Positions 45,978 through 56,572 of a stretch of DNA of 64,000 nt are shown here, piece after piece. Origin of the DNA: a virus (taxonomy: Duplodnaviria; Heunggongvirae; Uroviricota; Caudoviricetes); IMG/VR virus record IMGVR_UViG_3300025133_000019. One strand, given 5' to 3'. Each line of letters opens with the position of its first letter. The first letter of the stretch is position 1. Under the pieces are notes generated by a model. The model did not search any database and was not told the origin of the DNA. It saw only the letters and a program-made list of their open reading frames with translations. Both the position numbers and the translations under genes were made by a program.

Positions 45978-46067
45978 AAAATAACCTAGATAATAAAAAA
46001 CTAGTTTTCCTTTAAAACACGGATTTTAAGATTCCTTTATTCATGCGGGTTTGGATTAGGTTGGAGT

Positions 46068-46758
46068 ATATATATAATATAAGTAACTATAATTTTAATA
46101 TAAAATTGAGTTTCTTATTATATAGAGATAAATAATATATTCTTTTCTTTCTTTAGAAAAGATAAATCTTTTCAATAAAAGTAATATATATCTATAATAT
46201 ATTATATAGATCAGAGAAGAATTTTAGAAAAAGATAAAACAAAAATTTTATTCGGAAAACTTCTTGTTCAAAAGAAAGAAGATCTAAACTCCTTATTCAG
46301 AAAAGTTTCCCAGTTTCTTATCTAGAAAAAGAAATAAAAGCTGTTTATCTAGGAAATTGTTCTTAAAGCTTATATTAAGCAAAATAGAGGGGGTAAAAAT
46401 TTTTAGACAGCCCAACCTATTAAAAATCAGAGAAAACCTTGAGAATACCCTTTAATTTTGTTTAAACTGGGTTATCCTTGGTATGAATGGGGTTATTATT
46501 CTGGATTAACGCTAAGTAAAAGCAATTTAAATTCTTTTCTTGACTTTATTTTGTAAGGTGTGTTAGTATAGTTGTGCTGATAACGCCTCCCTCTTGGACC
46601 AGCCAGCACTAAGCTCTGAGCCCTAGCATTATGACTAGGAGTGTACGAGCGGAAACAGGAGTTTGGGACTACCGCAAAGATCAGTCAGAACCACCAAAAA
46701 TAACAAGCAAAATATATATAATATAAGTAACTATAATTTTAATATAAAATTGAGTTTC
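46068..46758. repeat. 47-bp perfect AT-rich direct repeat (46068-46114, 46712-46758)
   Basis: atatatataatataagtaactataattttaatataaaattgagtttc twice; contains the AATTTTA-ATA-TAAAATT palindrome. Confidence 0.95.
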
Positions 46759-46770
46759 AAAAATATCAGC
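46575..46770 (+). ncRNA. candidate structured RNA (may extend to ~47000)
   Basis: TTGACT-18-TAGTAT promoter at 46540-46569; GCTGATA/TATCAGC closing stem; CCTAG/CTAGG hairpin; GC-richer than flanks; no ORF in track. Confidence 0.4.
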
Positions 46771-47207
46771 TTAAAACAACGACAGGCAACCTAGATGGCC
46801 TCAGGTAAGCTAGTGAAGAATTTGGCCGGAGACCGACTCCAAAAAAACGTTAACATCAAGCGTCCTTGACTAAGACGTGTTTAGTATTAAGTCGCAGTTT
46901 AATAAAATTAAGACAATGTAGTATCCAATAGGGTATTCATGCAGATACACAAGCTGTCATAACAGGTTCGTGTTGACGCTGTATTCTAGAGGATATGTTG
47001 ATTGTTTTATAACAGAATCTTTATTGGTTAGGTTAGTCATACAATTTTTTCGTCAAGAGAATATTGTTTAGCTACGCTTATGTCATAAAGATTTAAAGAC
47101 ATTCAAATATTAACCTAAAGAGTACGAGTTTAGGCATTTTTCAGCGTTATACTCATTTATAATTCTTTGTTTTATTGTTTTAAATAGCATTGAAACAGGA
47201 GAGAATT

Positions 47208-47486
47208 TTTATGGCTATATCAGGAATAGGAGCTAAAACTTTTTTTGAAGGGTTGAGCGACGGCAATTTGTTCTATATTCAACAGAGTGACGGAACAGTT
47301 TTAACTTGCTCCTTTAAAGAACTTAAGCCTAGTAACGCAGGTTTGGGATTTTCGGTTTATGGCGTAAGTATATTCCCCCACTCCGTTGATTACATGGTGA
47401 CCTATCTCAATTTGGACAGTATAGGGTCGAGTAATAGTCTTATAGTAGACATATCTGCCGACAAAAATTCTCTGTCTTTCTCTTAA
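47208..47486 (+). CDS. small protein paralogous to the N-terminus of the next gene
   Basis: DGTV.xC.F and G.SI.P...VTYLNLDS.GS shared; AGGAG SD. Confidence 0.75.
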   Translation, partial: FMAISGIGAKTFFEGLSDGNLFYIQQSDGTVLTCSFKELKPSNAGLGFSVYGVSIFPHSVDYMVTYLNLDSIGSSNSLIVDISADKNSLSFS

Positions 47487-47498
47487 GGAATTATAAAT

Positions 47499-48758
47499 AT
47501 GGCTATTACTAAATCACAGGCTGTTACATTTTTTACAAGTCGTACCAAAGGGGACGGATTTTGGGCGCAAAAGGCTGACGGAACCGTAGTTAGATGCGGA
47601 TTTTCCGTGTTTGACCCTGATGATGTAAACACTCCTACAACAGGTATTGTTACATTCGGCATAAGCATTTATCCTATATCTGCTGATTTTGAGGTTACGT
47701 ATCTCAATTTGGATAGTTTGGGGTCTGCGGATTCCGTTTTTATAGATTTCCAGTTAGACCTAGCTGACATTACCTTCTCTACTTTGTTTGGAGGGGGAGG
47801 TGCTTTAGCAACTTCCGTCAAAGCTCCCGTATTAGTAGCTACTACAGCTCTCTTAACGGCTACGGCTAGTGGATCTGGGGTTGGTAAAACGTTAACTGGA
47901 GATACTAGTGCTCTAACTATTGATGGAATTTTGTTAACTGTGGATAAGCGTGTTTTGGTAAAAGACCAAACCACTCTCAAAGATAACGGAATTTATACGT
48001 TAACACAACAAGGAAACGGAGTAGTTCCCTGGATACTAACAAGAGCTATTGATTTTGACGAGGAAGGGGAAGTTGTAGGAGGAGTTTCTGTAGCTATTCA
48101 AACAGGAACTGCTTTAGATGACACTTCTTGGGTTCTTTCTAATATAACGGGTACTGCTAGTATAGACACTGATGATTTAGTCTTTACCCTTTATCCAACT
48201 AAGATATTAGAGGATGTTAAATCCCAGGAAATAACTCTTTCGTTGTCTGGGCAAGCTACGTATGATTTTAGTGTTACAATGAATACTAGTTCACCAAAGA
48301 TATTGTCTACTCGATTGTTTTTATCAACAGTTGAATTAGGGTTTGATAAAAATGTGGATTTAACTTTTTATAGCTCAGTAGCTAGGAAGGGTTCCCAAGC
48401 TATCCAAAGATTTGAAGGGACTTTATCACAAGTAGAGACGGACGGAGCTGTGAGTATTAATGATACCTCAGTAACTGTTGATGATGTGCTATCTGTACAT
48501 CCGAATCAATTGTTATATAGTATACAATCCGCAGAGTTTATGCGAGTTTCTGGAGTAGATACTCCTAGTAAAGAATTGAGCCTTGAGGATGCTTTGGCAA
48601 GTGGTATTTCCACGGGAACCGGGCTTTCTAAAGTGATGGAAGTAGCAGGATTCTCTGTTTATGATGAGACCAACAACAATATGGTTTACATGAGAATTAA
48701 GTTTCCGGAAGTAGTTACAGAAGACTTTAAACTAGTAATGGTTTACACGGAGTTTTAA
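47499..48758 (+). CDS. virion structural/fibre-associated protein
   Basis: RVLVKDQT...NGIY...W.LTRA.DFD motif typical of phage fibre/decoration proteins. Confidence 0.7.
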   Translation: MAITKSQAVTFFTSRTKGDGFWAQKADGTVVRCGFSVFDPDDVNTPTTGIVTFGISIYPISADFEVTYLNLDSLGSADSVFIDFQLDLADITFSTLFGGGGALATSVKAPVLVATTALLTATASGSGVGKTLTGDTSALTIDGILLTVDKRVLVKDQTTLKDNGIYTLTQQGNGVVPWILTRAIDFDEEGEVVGGVSVAIQTGTALDDTSWVLSNITGTASIDTDDLVFTLYPTKILEDVKSQEITLSLSGQATYDFSVTMNTSSPKILSTRLFLSTVELGFDKNVDLTFYSSVARKGSQAIQRFEGTLSQVETDGAVSINDTSVTVDDVLSVHPNQLLYSIQSAEFMRVSGVDTPSKELSLEDALASGISTGTGLSKVMEVAGFSVYDETNNNMVYMRIKFPEVVTEDFKLVMVYTEF

Positions 48759-49234
48759 TGAAATTTGATTTACCTGAAAAAACATCTGAAAAGGTGGAAC
48801 GGCTTTTAAACAGTATTTCTGAGTCCAGAAATTCTTTGTACGAAAAAACAAAGAGTGTAGTAAAGCTGAAAGATAATATATTTGCTATCAACAAGACTCT
48901 AGAGGAAATGCTAGAAAACAAAAAAGAGACTGATGATTTTATTAAGAACAAGGAAGTTGAGCTTTCTTTGGTGGTGACAGAGTTTGTTAGATCTATTATT
49001 GAAACCGTGGTAGAGCAAGATTTTATAGCACCAGAAATAAAAGAGAAGCTGAAAGCAAAGATATTAGAGGCTGTGACTACAGGAAAATATGACGTTTCTT
49101 TGACAACCGGGAAGATTAGGATAGACGGTTTGGATAAAGAGACTGAGGAATTACTGACCGAACCAGAAGAGGATTTCCCCGAGTTTGAGCTTCACCAAGA
49201 AGATTCTTGGGTTGAGCTAAAAAACACAGAGTAG
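48758..49234 (+). CDS. coiled-coil hypothetical protein
   Basis: TAATG coupling; heptads. Confidence 0.7.
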   Translation: MKFDLPEKTSEKVERLLNSISESRNSLYEKTKSVVKLKDNIFAINKTLEEMLENKKETDDFIKNKEVELSLVVTEFVRSIIETVVEQDFIAPEIKEKLKAKILEAVTTGKYDVSLTTGKIRIDGLDKETEELLTEPEEDFPEFELHQEDSWVELKNTE

Positions 49235-49297
49235 ATTTTTAGTTATTTTGTTTGTGTTTGTAAATAGCATTAATATTATAACATAAAATTTATTCCT

Positions 49298-51976
49298 ATG
49301 TCAAAAATAAATCCTGATAATTTTGATTCAAAATCCATTTTCGATGACGATTCGCAAGATAACCTCAAGAGGGGTTGGAGCGGTACAAAACTAAAAGTTC
49401 TTTTTGACGCTCTTCTTAGAGAGGTTTCTGGATCTAGCAGTTTAATAGCTCCCTTTTTCGAGAGTATTTCTTTAACTATAAATTCCACTGACGAGACTCT
49501 CGAATTAGACGTAACTCCTCACGCCGGAATTCTGAACGGTTTTGATAAAACTAAGATAGTCCTTCTTGATGGGGAGACAAACATCCTCACCGAGGACTCT
49601 GTGTTTACTATTGATAACGGTGGGGGCAGGAGTTATGTCACTATAAATTTCCCTGTGATGGCTCCTAATAAAACTTACGTTTTAAAATTTAATATAGGTG
49701 CTTTATACAATGGAGTGACCCCAAACATACTTCATACTTACAACTTGACTACAGAAATAGTTGAGGTAAAGCCTGTTTTCGGTACTCCTGTTTTGACTCC
49801 TAGTGATGGAAACCATAACACTCTTAGTAACATAGCTGTTCCTGTGACTTCTTTTCACGGAGGCCGAAATTTGACTTTCACGGCATCTGCTAATGTAACT
49901 GGAGGAGCCATAACTACTGGTGCTCTTACTTTTGATCAGGAAACTCTTACTTTAAATATACCTGTTACCGCTTCTAACCCTAGTATTACTTATGATGTAA
50001 ATATTTCTCAAGATACTTTGGTAGATATAAGTACAGGAAGTGACCCAGTTGTTAAACAGTTTGTTACTCCTGATGAGGTCAAACCTAGTTTTGTGGATGT
50101 TACAACAGATTCAGGAACTAATAAATCGTTTGATATCACTAAATTGTATATTAACATAACCAGTGCTTCTTATTTAAATTTAGGAAGAGGAGAAGGTACT
50201 TTAAGTATAGGTATTAACGGGGGAGCTACTGTTGATCCAGCTCCTTATACTGAGGATTTTGGTAATGACAGGTTAGTAGTGGATTTGACGGATTCTGAGC
50301 TAAACACTATAACGTCTAATGATAAACTGATAGAGAATACTCAATACGATATTTCTATGACAGCCGATTTATTAAAAGACGGTAGCTTATCTAGTGACCT
50401 GGAGAGTTTAAATTCTATTACTACAGATAATGAGAATATTCCGGGGTTGAGTGGGCTAACTTCCGATACTGGAACACTTGCTTACGGAGTCACTCAGTTT
50501 GAAATAGATGTTACTGGGGGGCCTTTTTTGTATATTGTTAGCGATAACAATTTTACTACAGATTTTTCTGGAGTGGAAATAAATAGTGGAGTGACTAATA
50601 TAAATGGCGGACCAGGAGCTATAACAACTCAAGATAATGCCGGACAATTAACTAAAATAATCATACCAGTTCAAAATATTAGTGAGGGTACCGCCTATAC
50701 AGTTGAAATACCTGCTGATTCGGTAAAAGATGGATCTAGGGGAAACGTGTTATTTAGTAGTATTCATACTACAGATACTGAAGTTAAGCCAACTTTGGAT
50801 TTAGCTAACTGCGTTCCTGTGGACGCTGTTAGTAATGTGGATTTCACTTCTATTAGTGAGATAGATATTAAGCTGTCCGACCTAGCTTATACGGCATTAC
50901 GGGCCGTGGATTTAAGTTTAATTACTGCGGTAGGTAGTGTTCAAGGGAACCTTAGTTTTAGTTCTAGATCGCTTGATATTAATAACAAGAAAATTGATCT
51001 CACTTTATCAACCAGTCTCACTGAATTAGAAACAGTTACTTTTACTATACCGCAAGGAACTATTGCTGACGGGTCTACTTTGAATGACGCTAGTAATGGA
51101 GATTATGCATTTATTACTAGAGCTAAGTCAGATACCAAGCCCACTTTCAATTTTACTGGTTCAGCTCCTGCTAACGATGCTAATGATGTGTCTCAACAGG
51201 TGACACAAATAACTATACCTATAAACTCTTCTCACGAAATAGCTCTGAATACTAATGATAATCTAGATGCCAGTGATATCTTCGTTATAAAAGACGGGGG
51301 ATCTGATATTTCTGGAACTCCTAGTATTTCGGGAACTAATTTAATTATTCCAGTAACCTTAGTTAATGGTAGCTCTTATGAAGTATCTTTATTACAAGGG
51401 TCTTTGTATGATGGAGCACTATTAAGTGATGCTACCACAGCAGGTCAATATGACTTCGTTGTGAATACTCCAGTACCTACAGCCACGAATAGATGGAGTT
51501 TTGTATTACCTGCTAATAATGATGAGGTATCAGGAACTGTATTTATGGATTCTGGAACAAGAGATTTAGCGAATGCAGGTTCAGGAGTTGTTACTGGGAA
51601 TCTCTATGATGATAGCATGTCTGCTTCTCCTATATGGTGGATGAAGAATTTCTCTCCGCAAGCCTCCCGTAGAATATGGATTTTTGAAGTCAAACCAGAC
51701 TCAGCAACTTCTATACCTTTATATGGTGGTGGAGTATCAGCAGACAAGGCCAGAGTTTTAGATAGTGATTTGTTGAGTCTTAGTAACGCCACTTCTTCTA
51801 ACAATAGTTCTATTTTTAGTATTTTTAATTTTGATTCAGGAAACACTTTGAACTGGAGTCAAGCGGGGCCTTCTTCGTTGTACCTAGAGTTTGTGGAGTT
51901 TGATAGCGAAGTAAATATTACAATAGCCCAAGAATGGTCCAATAGCCAAGATTGGTCTGTTCATGCTGGAGTTTAA
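49298..51976 (+). CDS. putative virion protein with tandem Ig-like domains
   Basis: Repeated KPxF/KPT...Y.V.I....DG beta-rich units. Confidence 0.65.
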   Translation: MSKINPDNFDSKSIFDDDSQDNLKRGWSGTKLKVLFDALLREVSGSSSLIAPFFESISLTINSTDETLELDVTPHAGILNGFDKTKIVLLDGETNILTEDSVFTIDNGGGRSYVTINFPVMAPNKTYVLKFNIGALYNGVTPNILHTYNLTTEIVEVKPVFGTPVLTPSDGNHNTLSNIAVPVTSFHGGRNLTFTASANVTGGAITTGALTFDQETLTLNIPVTASNPSITYDVNISQDTLVDISTGSDPVVKQFVTPDEVKPSFVDVTTDSGTNKSFDITKLYINITSASYLNLGRGEGTLSIGINGGATVDPAPYTEDFGNDRLVVDLTDSELNTITSNDKLIENTQYDISMTADLLKDGSLSSDLESLNSITTDNENIPGLSGLTSDTGTLAYGVTQFEIDVTGGPFLYIVSDNNFTTDFSGVEINSGVTNINGGPGAITTQDNAGQLTKIIIPVQNISEGTAYTVEIPADSVKDGSRGNVLFSSIHTTDTEVKPTLDLANCVPVDAVSNVDFTSISEIDIKLSDLAYTALRAVDLSLITAVGSVQGNLSFSSRSLDINNKKIDLTLSTSLTELETVTFTIPQGTIADGSTLNDASNGDYAFITRAKSDTKPTFNFTGSAPANDANDVSQQVTQITIPINSSHEIALNTNDNLDASDIFVIKDGGSDISGTPSISGTNLIIPVTLVNGSSYEVSLLQGSLYDGALLSDATTAGQYDFVVNTPVPTATNRWSFVLPANNDEVSGTVFMDSGTRDLANAGSGVVTGNLYDDSMSASPIWWMKNFSPQASRRIWIFEVKPDSATSIPLYGGGVSADKARVLDSDLLSLSNATSSNNSSIFSIFNFDSGNTLNWSQAGPSSLYLEFVEFDSEVNITIAQEWSNSQDWSVHAGV

Positions 51977-51978
51977 TA

Positions 51979-53199
51979 ATGTCTAATTTAACAGGCCAAG
52001 ATTTAGTTGATAGATTGTCAGATTTGTTGTTAGCTGATGTCAGAGATAATTTAGAACTAGCTTTCGAGATAACCAAGTTTGAGATGCCTTCTGGCGCTAC
52101 CGTAGATGTAGGAGATTACTTTACTTTCGACAGCTCTACTACACAATACTATGTTTATTACGAGAAAGACGGGTCTACTGGAAATGACCCCGCTCCTGGA
52201 GGTAGAACTGGTATAAAGGTTGATATTTTGGAGGCTGATACCAGTGGGGATGTAGCCACTAAAACAGTTAGTGCTGTGGACATTGGTTCATCAGAGCTTA
52301 CTAGTATTACAAATTCTGTTAATATTATTACTTTAATTAGTGATAGTCATACTAACATAACTCAATTAGCGGATAATAATGTAGGCTTAACCGATATTAC
52401 AGTTACAGATCCAAAAGGACAGTTTGATCCTAACCATCTGTCTAATGTTAACATTCCGGATGGATATGATAAGATTCTATCCAAGAGTATAGCTAAAAAA
52501 TCAATAATAGAAGCTATCAACAAAATAATTTTGGACGCTAAGGTTTTAGAAAATACTGTTTCTAATAATTTAACCAAGCAATTTGGTGTTATTGGGGATT
52601 TTGTTTCTGATCCCAGCAAGAAAACTGATTTAGAATTAATAGCTGGTGACTTACTTTTAGCGGTAGCTAAAATATATAAAGAGTTGCACGGGTCGGATCT
52701 AAATGCCCCTGATAGAGTGGGTTCTGTATTCCCTATTACCTCTTCAGATCTAGGGATAGACGCTGGTTTAGACATGAATAGTACTAGTATAACTGAGTTG
52801 GCTAGTGGCGGGGCCGTTGGATCGAGTGCAGCCAATATAGATGACACTAATTCTAGGAAAACCAAAACAAAAAAACATGTTATAACGGAAGCGGAAGAGA
52901 CTCAAGGTTATATAGATGCTGTTACAACTTTGTCCATACCAAGTATTAACAGGGATACCGCCACTATTTATATTGATGGTGGGGTTCTACAACATTCTGA
53001 TGTAATTTTTCCTCTTGACTACGATTACTCAGTAGGAAGCTCTACAAGTAGAATATATATCAACGGCAATGCCACTGTAGATGTAAACGATGTATCCGGG
53101 GGAACTGATGCAAATCTAACTAATCTAGTTCAACCGGCTCCAGATGGAGAGCAACTGGTAGAGAATGATGTGATTGTCTTACTTTATACTGAGAAATAA
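51979..53199 (+). CDS. putative structural protein (start MSNLTG)
   Basis: GGAG SD; composition typical of structural proteins. Confidence 0.65.
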   Translation: MSNLTGQDLVDRLSDLLLADVRDNLELAFEITKFEMPSGATVDVGDYFTFDSSTTQYYVYYEKDGSTGNDPAPGGRTGIKVDILEADTSGDVATKTVSAVDIGSSELTSITNSVNIITLISDSHTNITQLADNNVGLTDITVTDPKGQFDPNHLSNVNIPDGYDKILSKSIAKKSIIEAINKIILDAKVLENTVSNNLTKQFGVIGDFVSDPSKKTDLELIAGDLLLAVAKIYKELHGSDLNAPDRVGSVFPITSSDLGIDAGLDMNSTSITELASGGAVGSSAANIDDTNSRKTKTKKHVITEAEETQGYIDAVTTLSIPSINRDTATIYIDGGVLQHSDVIFPLDYDYSVGSSTSRIYINGNATVDVNDVSGGTDANLTNLVQPAPDGEQLVENDVIVLLYTEK

Positions 53200-55256
53200 T
53201 GGGAAGAAAAGTAGACTTAAATCAGGTTTTGGTGCCCTCTACTTTCATTTATGTAGACCCCAATAGAACAGATGATTACATAGAAGAAGGGTCTTATTTA
53301 AGACCTTTTAAAAGTTTGCACGGAGCTGTAAGCGATCCTAATGGTTACACCTCTTTCTTTCTTAACCCAGGAAATTATGTTGGTGATGATGTCACTTTAA
53401 ATAATGGGGATTCAGTGCTACATGGATCAGGCAGGGATTCGGTTATTCTTAACTTTGGTGTAAAGTCTGGGACTGGGTCTTTCTCAGGGACTGGATTTTC
53501 TATGGGTTTCGAATCTACACCGGATCAAAATGCTCCTTCAGCTTTGTCAAAGCAAGGTTTGGATTTACAGTTATCCAACGGAGGAGTTCTGTTAACTGAC
53601 TTGAAAATTTCTTACAGGACAGTACATCTGGCAACCGATTCCATAGTAGATAAGTGTGTTTTCCACCATAACAACGATTTTGATCCTTGTTTGTCTGTAG
53701 GAGTTGGAACAGTAAGGGTAACGTCTTCCACTTTCACAAAGAGCGGAGTTAAAACTTTAGTGTCTCAATATGGCGGGTCCCTTTCTATCAATGGATGCTC
53801 TTTATCAGGGGAATCTAGCGTTGGACAATATATAGTAACCTCCGTTTCAAGTGTTGCTAACACTACTCTTAGCATTAAAGATACCAGCATACTTAGCACC
53901 TATACCACCCCCCTAGGGATAGTTTATACTAATGCAGCCCCCGCTTCTTCCCCCAACGTGCTAGAGACTAGCGTTGTAGTAGGTCAAATAAGAACTAATG
54001 ATGTATCGGCTGTTCCCTCTTATCTAAGAGTTTTTGGTTCTACTTTTGGCTCACCAATTATAGGTACTGATGGAATAAGTCCTTCTACTTCTTTGTTATA
54101 TGAGTCTTCTGATAATATCAAAGATGACTCTGACTTAGATTCCGGTTCTGTATCGGACGCTGTTAACTCCTTAAATACTTCACTCCTCGCTCTTAAATTT
54201 ACGGATTTAACAGATACTCCGAATACTATAGCTCAATCCAATGCGTATAGACCGTTTGTAAGAGGTAATGAGCTGCCCTCTACTGTTATTCAAACTAACT
54301 ACACTTTGCCCCTGGATGGTGGTAATCCCGGAGAAGTCCTAACAACTAATGGGGGATCTATATCTACGTGGGCAGCAGCCCCAGGAGGGGGCTCCACAAC
54401 TTTTGTTGGGTTGACAGATACTCCCGCTACTTTTGGAAATGCGGGAGAATTTTTTAAATATACTGGGACTGCTTCGGTCTGGTCCAAGATAAATCTTAAT
54501 GATATTGTAGAGTTTCCAGAGGGCCTAGGGGGCGTTCAGGGAAAGTTTCTTACCGCAGGAGCTTCTACCACTGCTTGGGAGAGTATAACAATATCTGATA
54601 TCACTAGTTTTCCAAGTAATCTAGGCAATGATAAACAGATTTTAACATCTACTAACGGAACTTCTGTTTCGTGGACTACATTAAGTCCTTCTATCACGTT
54701 ATCAGGAAATGTTTCCGGCTCCGGCACTCTTACCAATTTAGGGGATGCTTTTATCACAACCACAGTAGCCAATGATTCCCACAACCACACTACAGCAACA
54801 TTAACAGGAGTGAGTCCTTCTATCACGTTATCAGGAAATGTTTCCGGCTCCGGCACTCTTACCAATTTAGGGGATGCTTTTATCACAACCACAGTAGCCA
54901 ATGATTCCCACAACCATACTGTTGCCACACTACCAGTTGTGGATGATTTTATATCGGGTTTAATTGAAATTCCCGAAAATGGTACTTACCTTATAACTCC
55001 TTATTCGTGGCACAAGGCTAAATATAGCAAGTTCCACTATAAAACAGAGAGTGGAACTTGCTCTTTGGATGTTAAAGTGAATGGAATCACTGTTTTACCC
55101 TCACCTCCTGTTCCTGCCGATAGTTCTTTACGTTTTAAAGATATATCTATTGTCACGGTTTATGCTGTCGGCCATACCATTGAGTTAGTGGTCTCTAACT
55201 CGTCTTCTCCAGTAAGGCTTTCTTTCACCTTGGCATATAATAGAACTTTCACTTAA
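53199..55256 (+). CDS. tail fibre/spike-like protein with beta-helix N-terminus
   Basis: YVDP...GS..RPFKSL..A beta-helix cap, LTDTP fibre repeats, internal duplication. Confidence 0.72.
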   Translation: MGRKVDLNQVLVPSTFIYVDPNRTDDYIEEGSYLRPFKSLHGAVSDPNGYTSFFLNPGNYVGDDVTLNNGDSVLHGSGRDSVILNFGVKSGTGSFSGTGFSMGFESTPDQNAPSALSKQGLDLQLSNGGVLLTDLKISYRTVHLATDSIVDKCVFHHNNDFDPCLSVGVGTVRVTSSTFTKSGVKTLVSQYGGSLSINGCSLSGESSVGQYIVTSVSSVANTTLSIKDTSILSTYTTPLGIVYTNAAPASSPNVLETSVVVGQIRTNDVSAVPSYLRVFGSTFGSPIIGTDGISPSTSLLYESSDNIKDDSDLDSGSVSDAVNSLNTSLLALKFTDLTDTPNTIAQSNAYRPFVRGNELPSTVIQTNYTLPLDGGNPGEVLTTNGGSISTWAAAPGGGSTTFVGLTDTPATFGNAGEFFKYTGTASVWSKINLNDIVEFPEGLGGVQGKFLTAGASTTAWESITISDITSFPSNLGNDKQILTSTNGTSVSWTTLSPSITLSGNVSGSGTLTNLGDAFITTTVANDSHNHTTATLTGVSPSITLSGNVSGSGTLTNLGDAFITTTVANDSHNHTVATLPVVDDFISGLIEIPENGTYLITPYSWHKAKYSKFHYKTESGTCSLDVKVNGITVLPSPPVPADSSLRFKDISIVTVYAVGHTIELVVSNSSSPVRLSFTLAYNRTFT
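54684..54916 (+). repeat. 104-bp identical tandem units, period 129 bp (43 aa)
   Basis: SPSITLSGNVSGSGTLTNLGDAFITTTVANDSHNH encoded twice with identical DNA (54684-54787, 54813-54916). Confidence 0.95.
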
Positions 55257-55266
55257 AAAATTATAT

Positions 55267-56493
55267 TTAAGGTAACGTATAAGACATTTTAGTGAAGGAG
55301 CTTCTCTGGGAATTGTCTCCCAAACCTAGCTCAAAACTGCTATTCTTTCCGGTTGACCACGCTACAGAACTAGAATCTACTGCTATGGTGAAGTCGTTTC
55401 CGCACCCTACGTCTGAAAAAACATGAGAGGGGTTGCTGATTTGGTAATTATTCAAAGTTGGGGTTGAGAGAGTTGTTATATTAAATCCGGTACTGAGTTG
55501 ACCTGAACCCCCGTTACCGGCTAGGTATATATTACCAGAGCTGCTTAATAAAGCAAGGTGATCGTGCCCCACTCCAATTTTTGAAATAGTTCCAATAGGC
55601 TCATTCCCAGATCCATTGTTTACAGTCGTTATTTGAGTGAACTGGTCTCGGGAGTTCGTGTCTCCTAGACCCAGCCTTCCATATGTGCCTCTACCGCAAG
55701 CCCAAACTTTTCCGTTTTCAGTAAGGACAAAGGTAGTGTCGTCTCCGCATTCTATTTGTTTGGGGTTACTGAATCCGAAGAGAGTAGCGGTTCCTGGCAC
55801 GAGAGCGGGTTCCGCAACAGGAGATGTTGTATGATTTAAACCCAGTTGACCGTAATTATTTTTACCGAAGGTGTAAATTTCGTTAGCTCCTACTATAGCT
55901 ATAGAGTGATTAGATCCTCCAGAGAATTTATGGGACAGTGCTAATTGAGAATCAAATTCTACAGGAGATGTTATTTGTATAAAGCTTTCGGAATTTCCCG
56001 TTCTACCTAAGCTAGAAAAGGAGTTATTACCTGAAGTAAAGAGTCGGAGTCCGTTAGAACCTCCCCCCCAAGCGGAGGAAATCAAGGAATGATTGAATCC
56101 CGCTCCGAATTGTTCTATATTTCCGTTTGAAAATAGGGCCACAGGGTTTTGGTATTGAAGGGTGGTATTATCGAATCCCAGTTGCCCTAAGTGGTTTCTA
56201 CCGAATCCATATATTTTAGAATCCGTGGTTAATGTGTATAAGCAATGAGATTCTCCCATTTTTACCACATCTATGGAAACCGCAGACAAAGCAGTGTGTT
56301 TTGTTGGAGTCTGTCCAGTGCTTGTGCCCCCGTTTCCCAGTTGACCGTAGTTATTTAGGCCCCATACATATATATCCCCCCATTGGTCTTTAGCTAGGCA
56401 GGATGACCCTCCTACTGATAGATAGGAAATTTTAAAATCTTGGGTTCCGGGTAGGGGTCCGGACGCTGGAATGTAAATGAAAGTAGGACTCAT
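55267..56493 (-). CDS. RCC1/BLIP-II repeat beta-propeller protein
   Basis: About seven repeats of the form WGxNxxGQLG...xGxxH. Confidence 0.88.
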   Translation of the reverse strand: MSPTFIYIPASGPLPGTQDFKISYLSVGGSSCLAKDQWGDIYVWGLNNYGQLGNGGTSTGQTPTKHTALSAVSIDVVKMGESHCLYTLTTDSKIYGFGRNHLGQLGFDNTTLQYQNPVALFSNGNIEQFGAGFNHSLISSAWGGGSNGLRLFTSGNNSFSSLGRTGNSESFIQITSPVEFDSQLALSHKFSGGSNHSIAIVGANEIYTFGKNNYGQLGLNHTTSPVAEPALVPGTATLFGFSNPKQIECGDDTTFVLTENGKVWACGRGTYGRLGLGDTNSRDQFTQITTVNNGSGNEPIGTISKIGVGHDHLALLSSSGNIYLAGNGGSGQLSTGFNITTLSTPTLNNYQISNPSHVFSDVGCGNDFTIAVDSSSVAWSTGKNSSFELGLGDNSQRSSFTKMSYTLP

Positions 56494-56572
56494 TATTAAC
56501 CTTTTCGTAAAGTAGATATAAAAATACTATTTTAATATTTTTAAGTTTTATAGAGTCTGGAGGCTGTTTAGA

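Noticed and set aside
46575-47000. tmRNA, RNase P RNA or tRNA identity for the candidate RNA
   Set aside because: No tRNA-like ends or T-arm with CCA, and no GAGGAAAGTCC RNase P motif
55267-56493. RCC1 gene as a recently inverted, phase-variable cassette
   Set aside because: No flanking inverted repeats or invertase seen; its C-ending codon bias fits long residence on this strand
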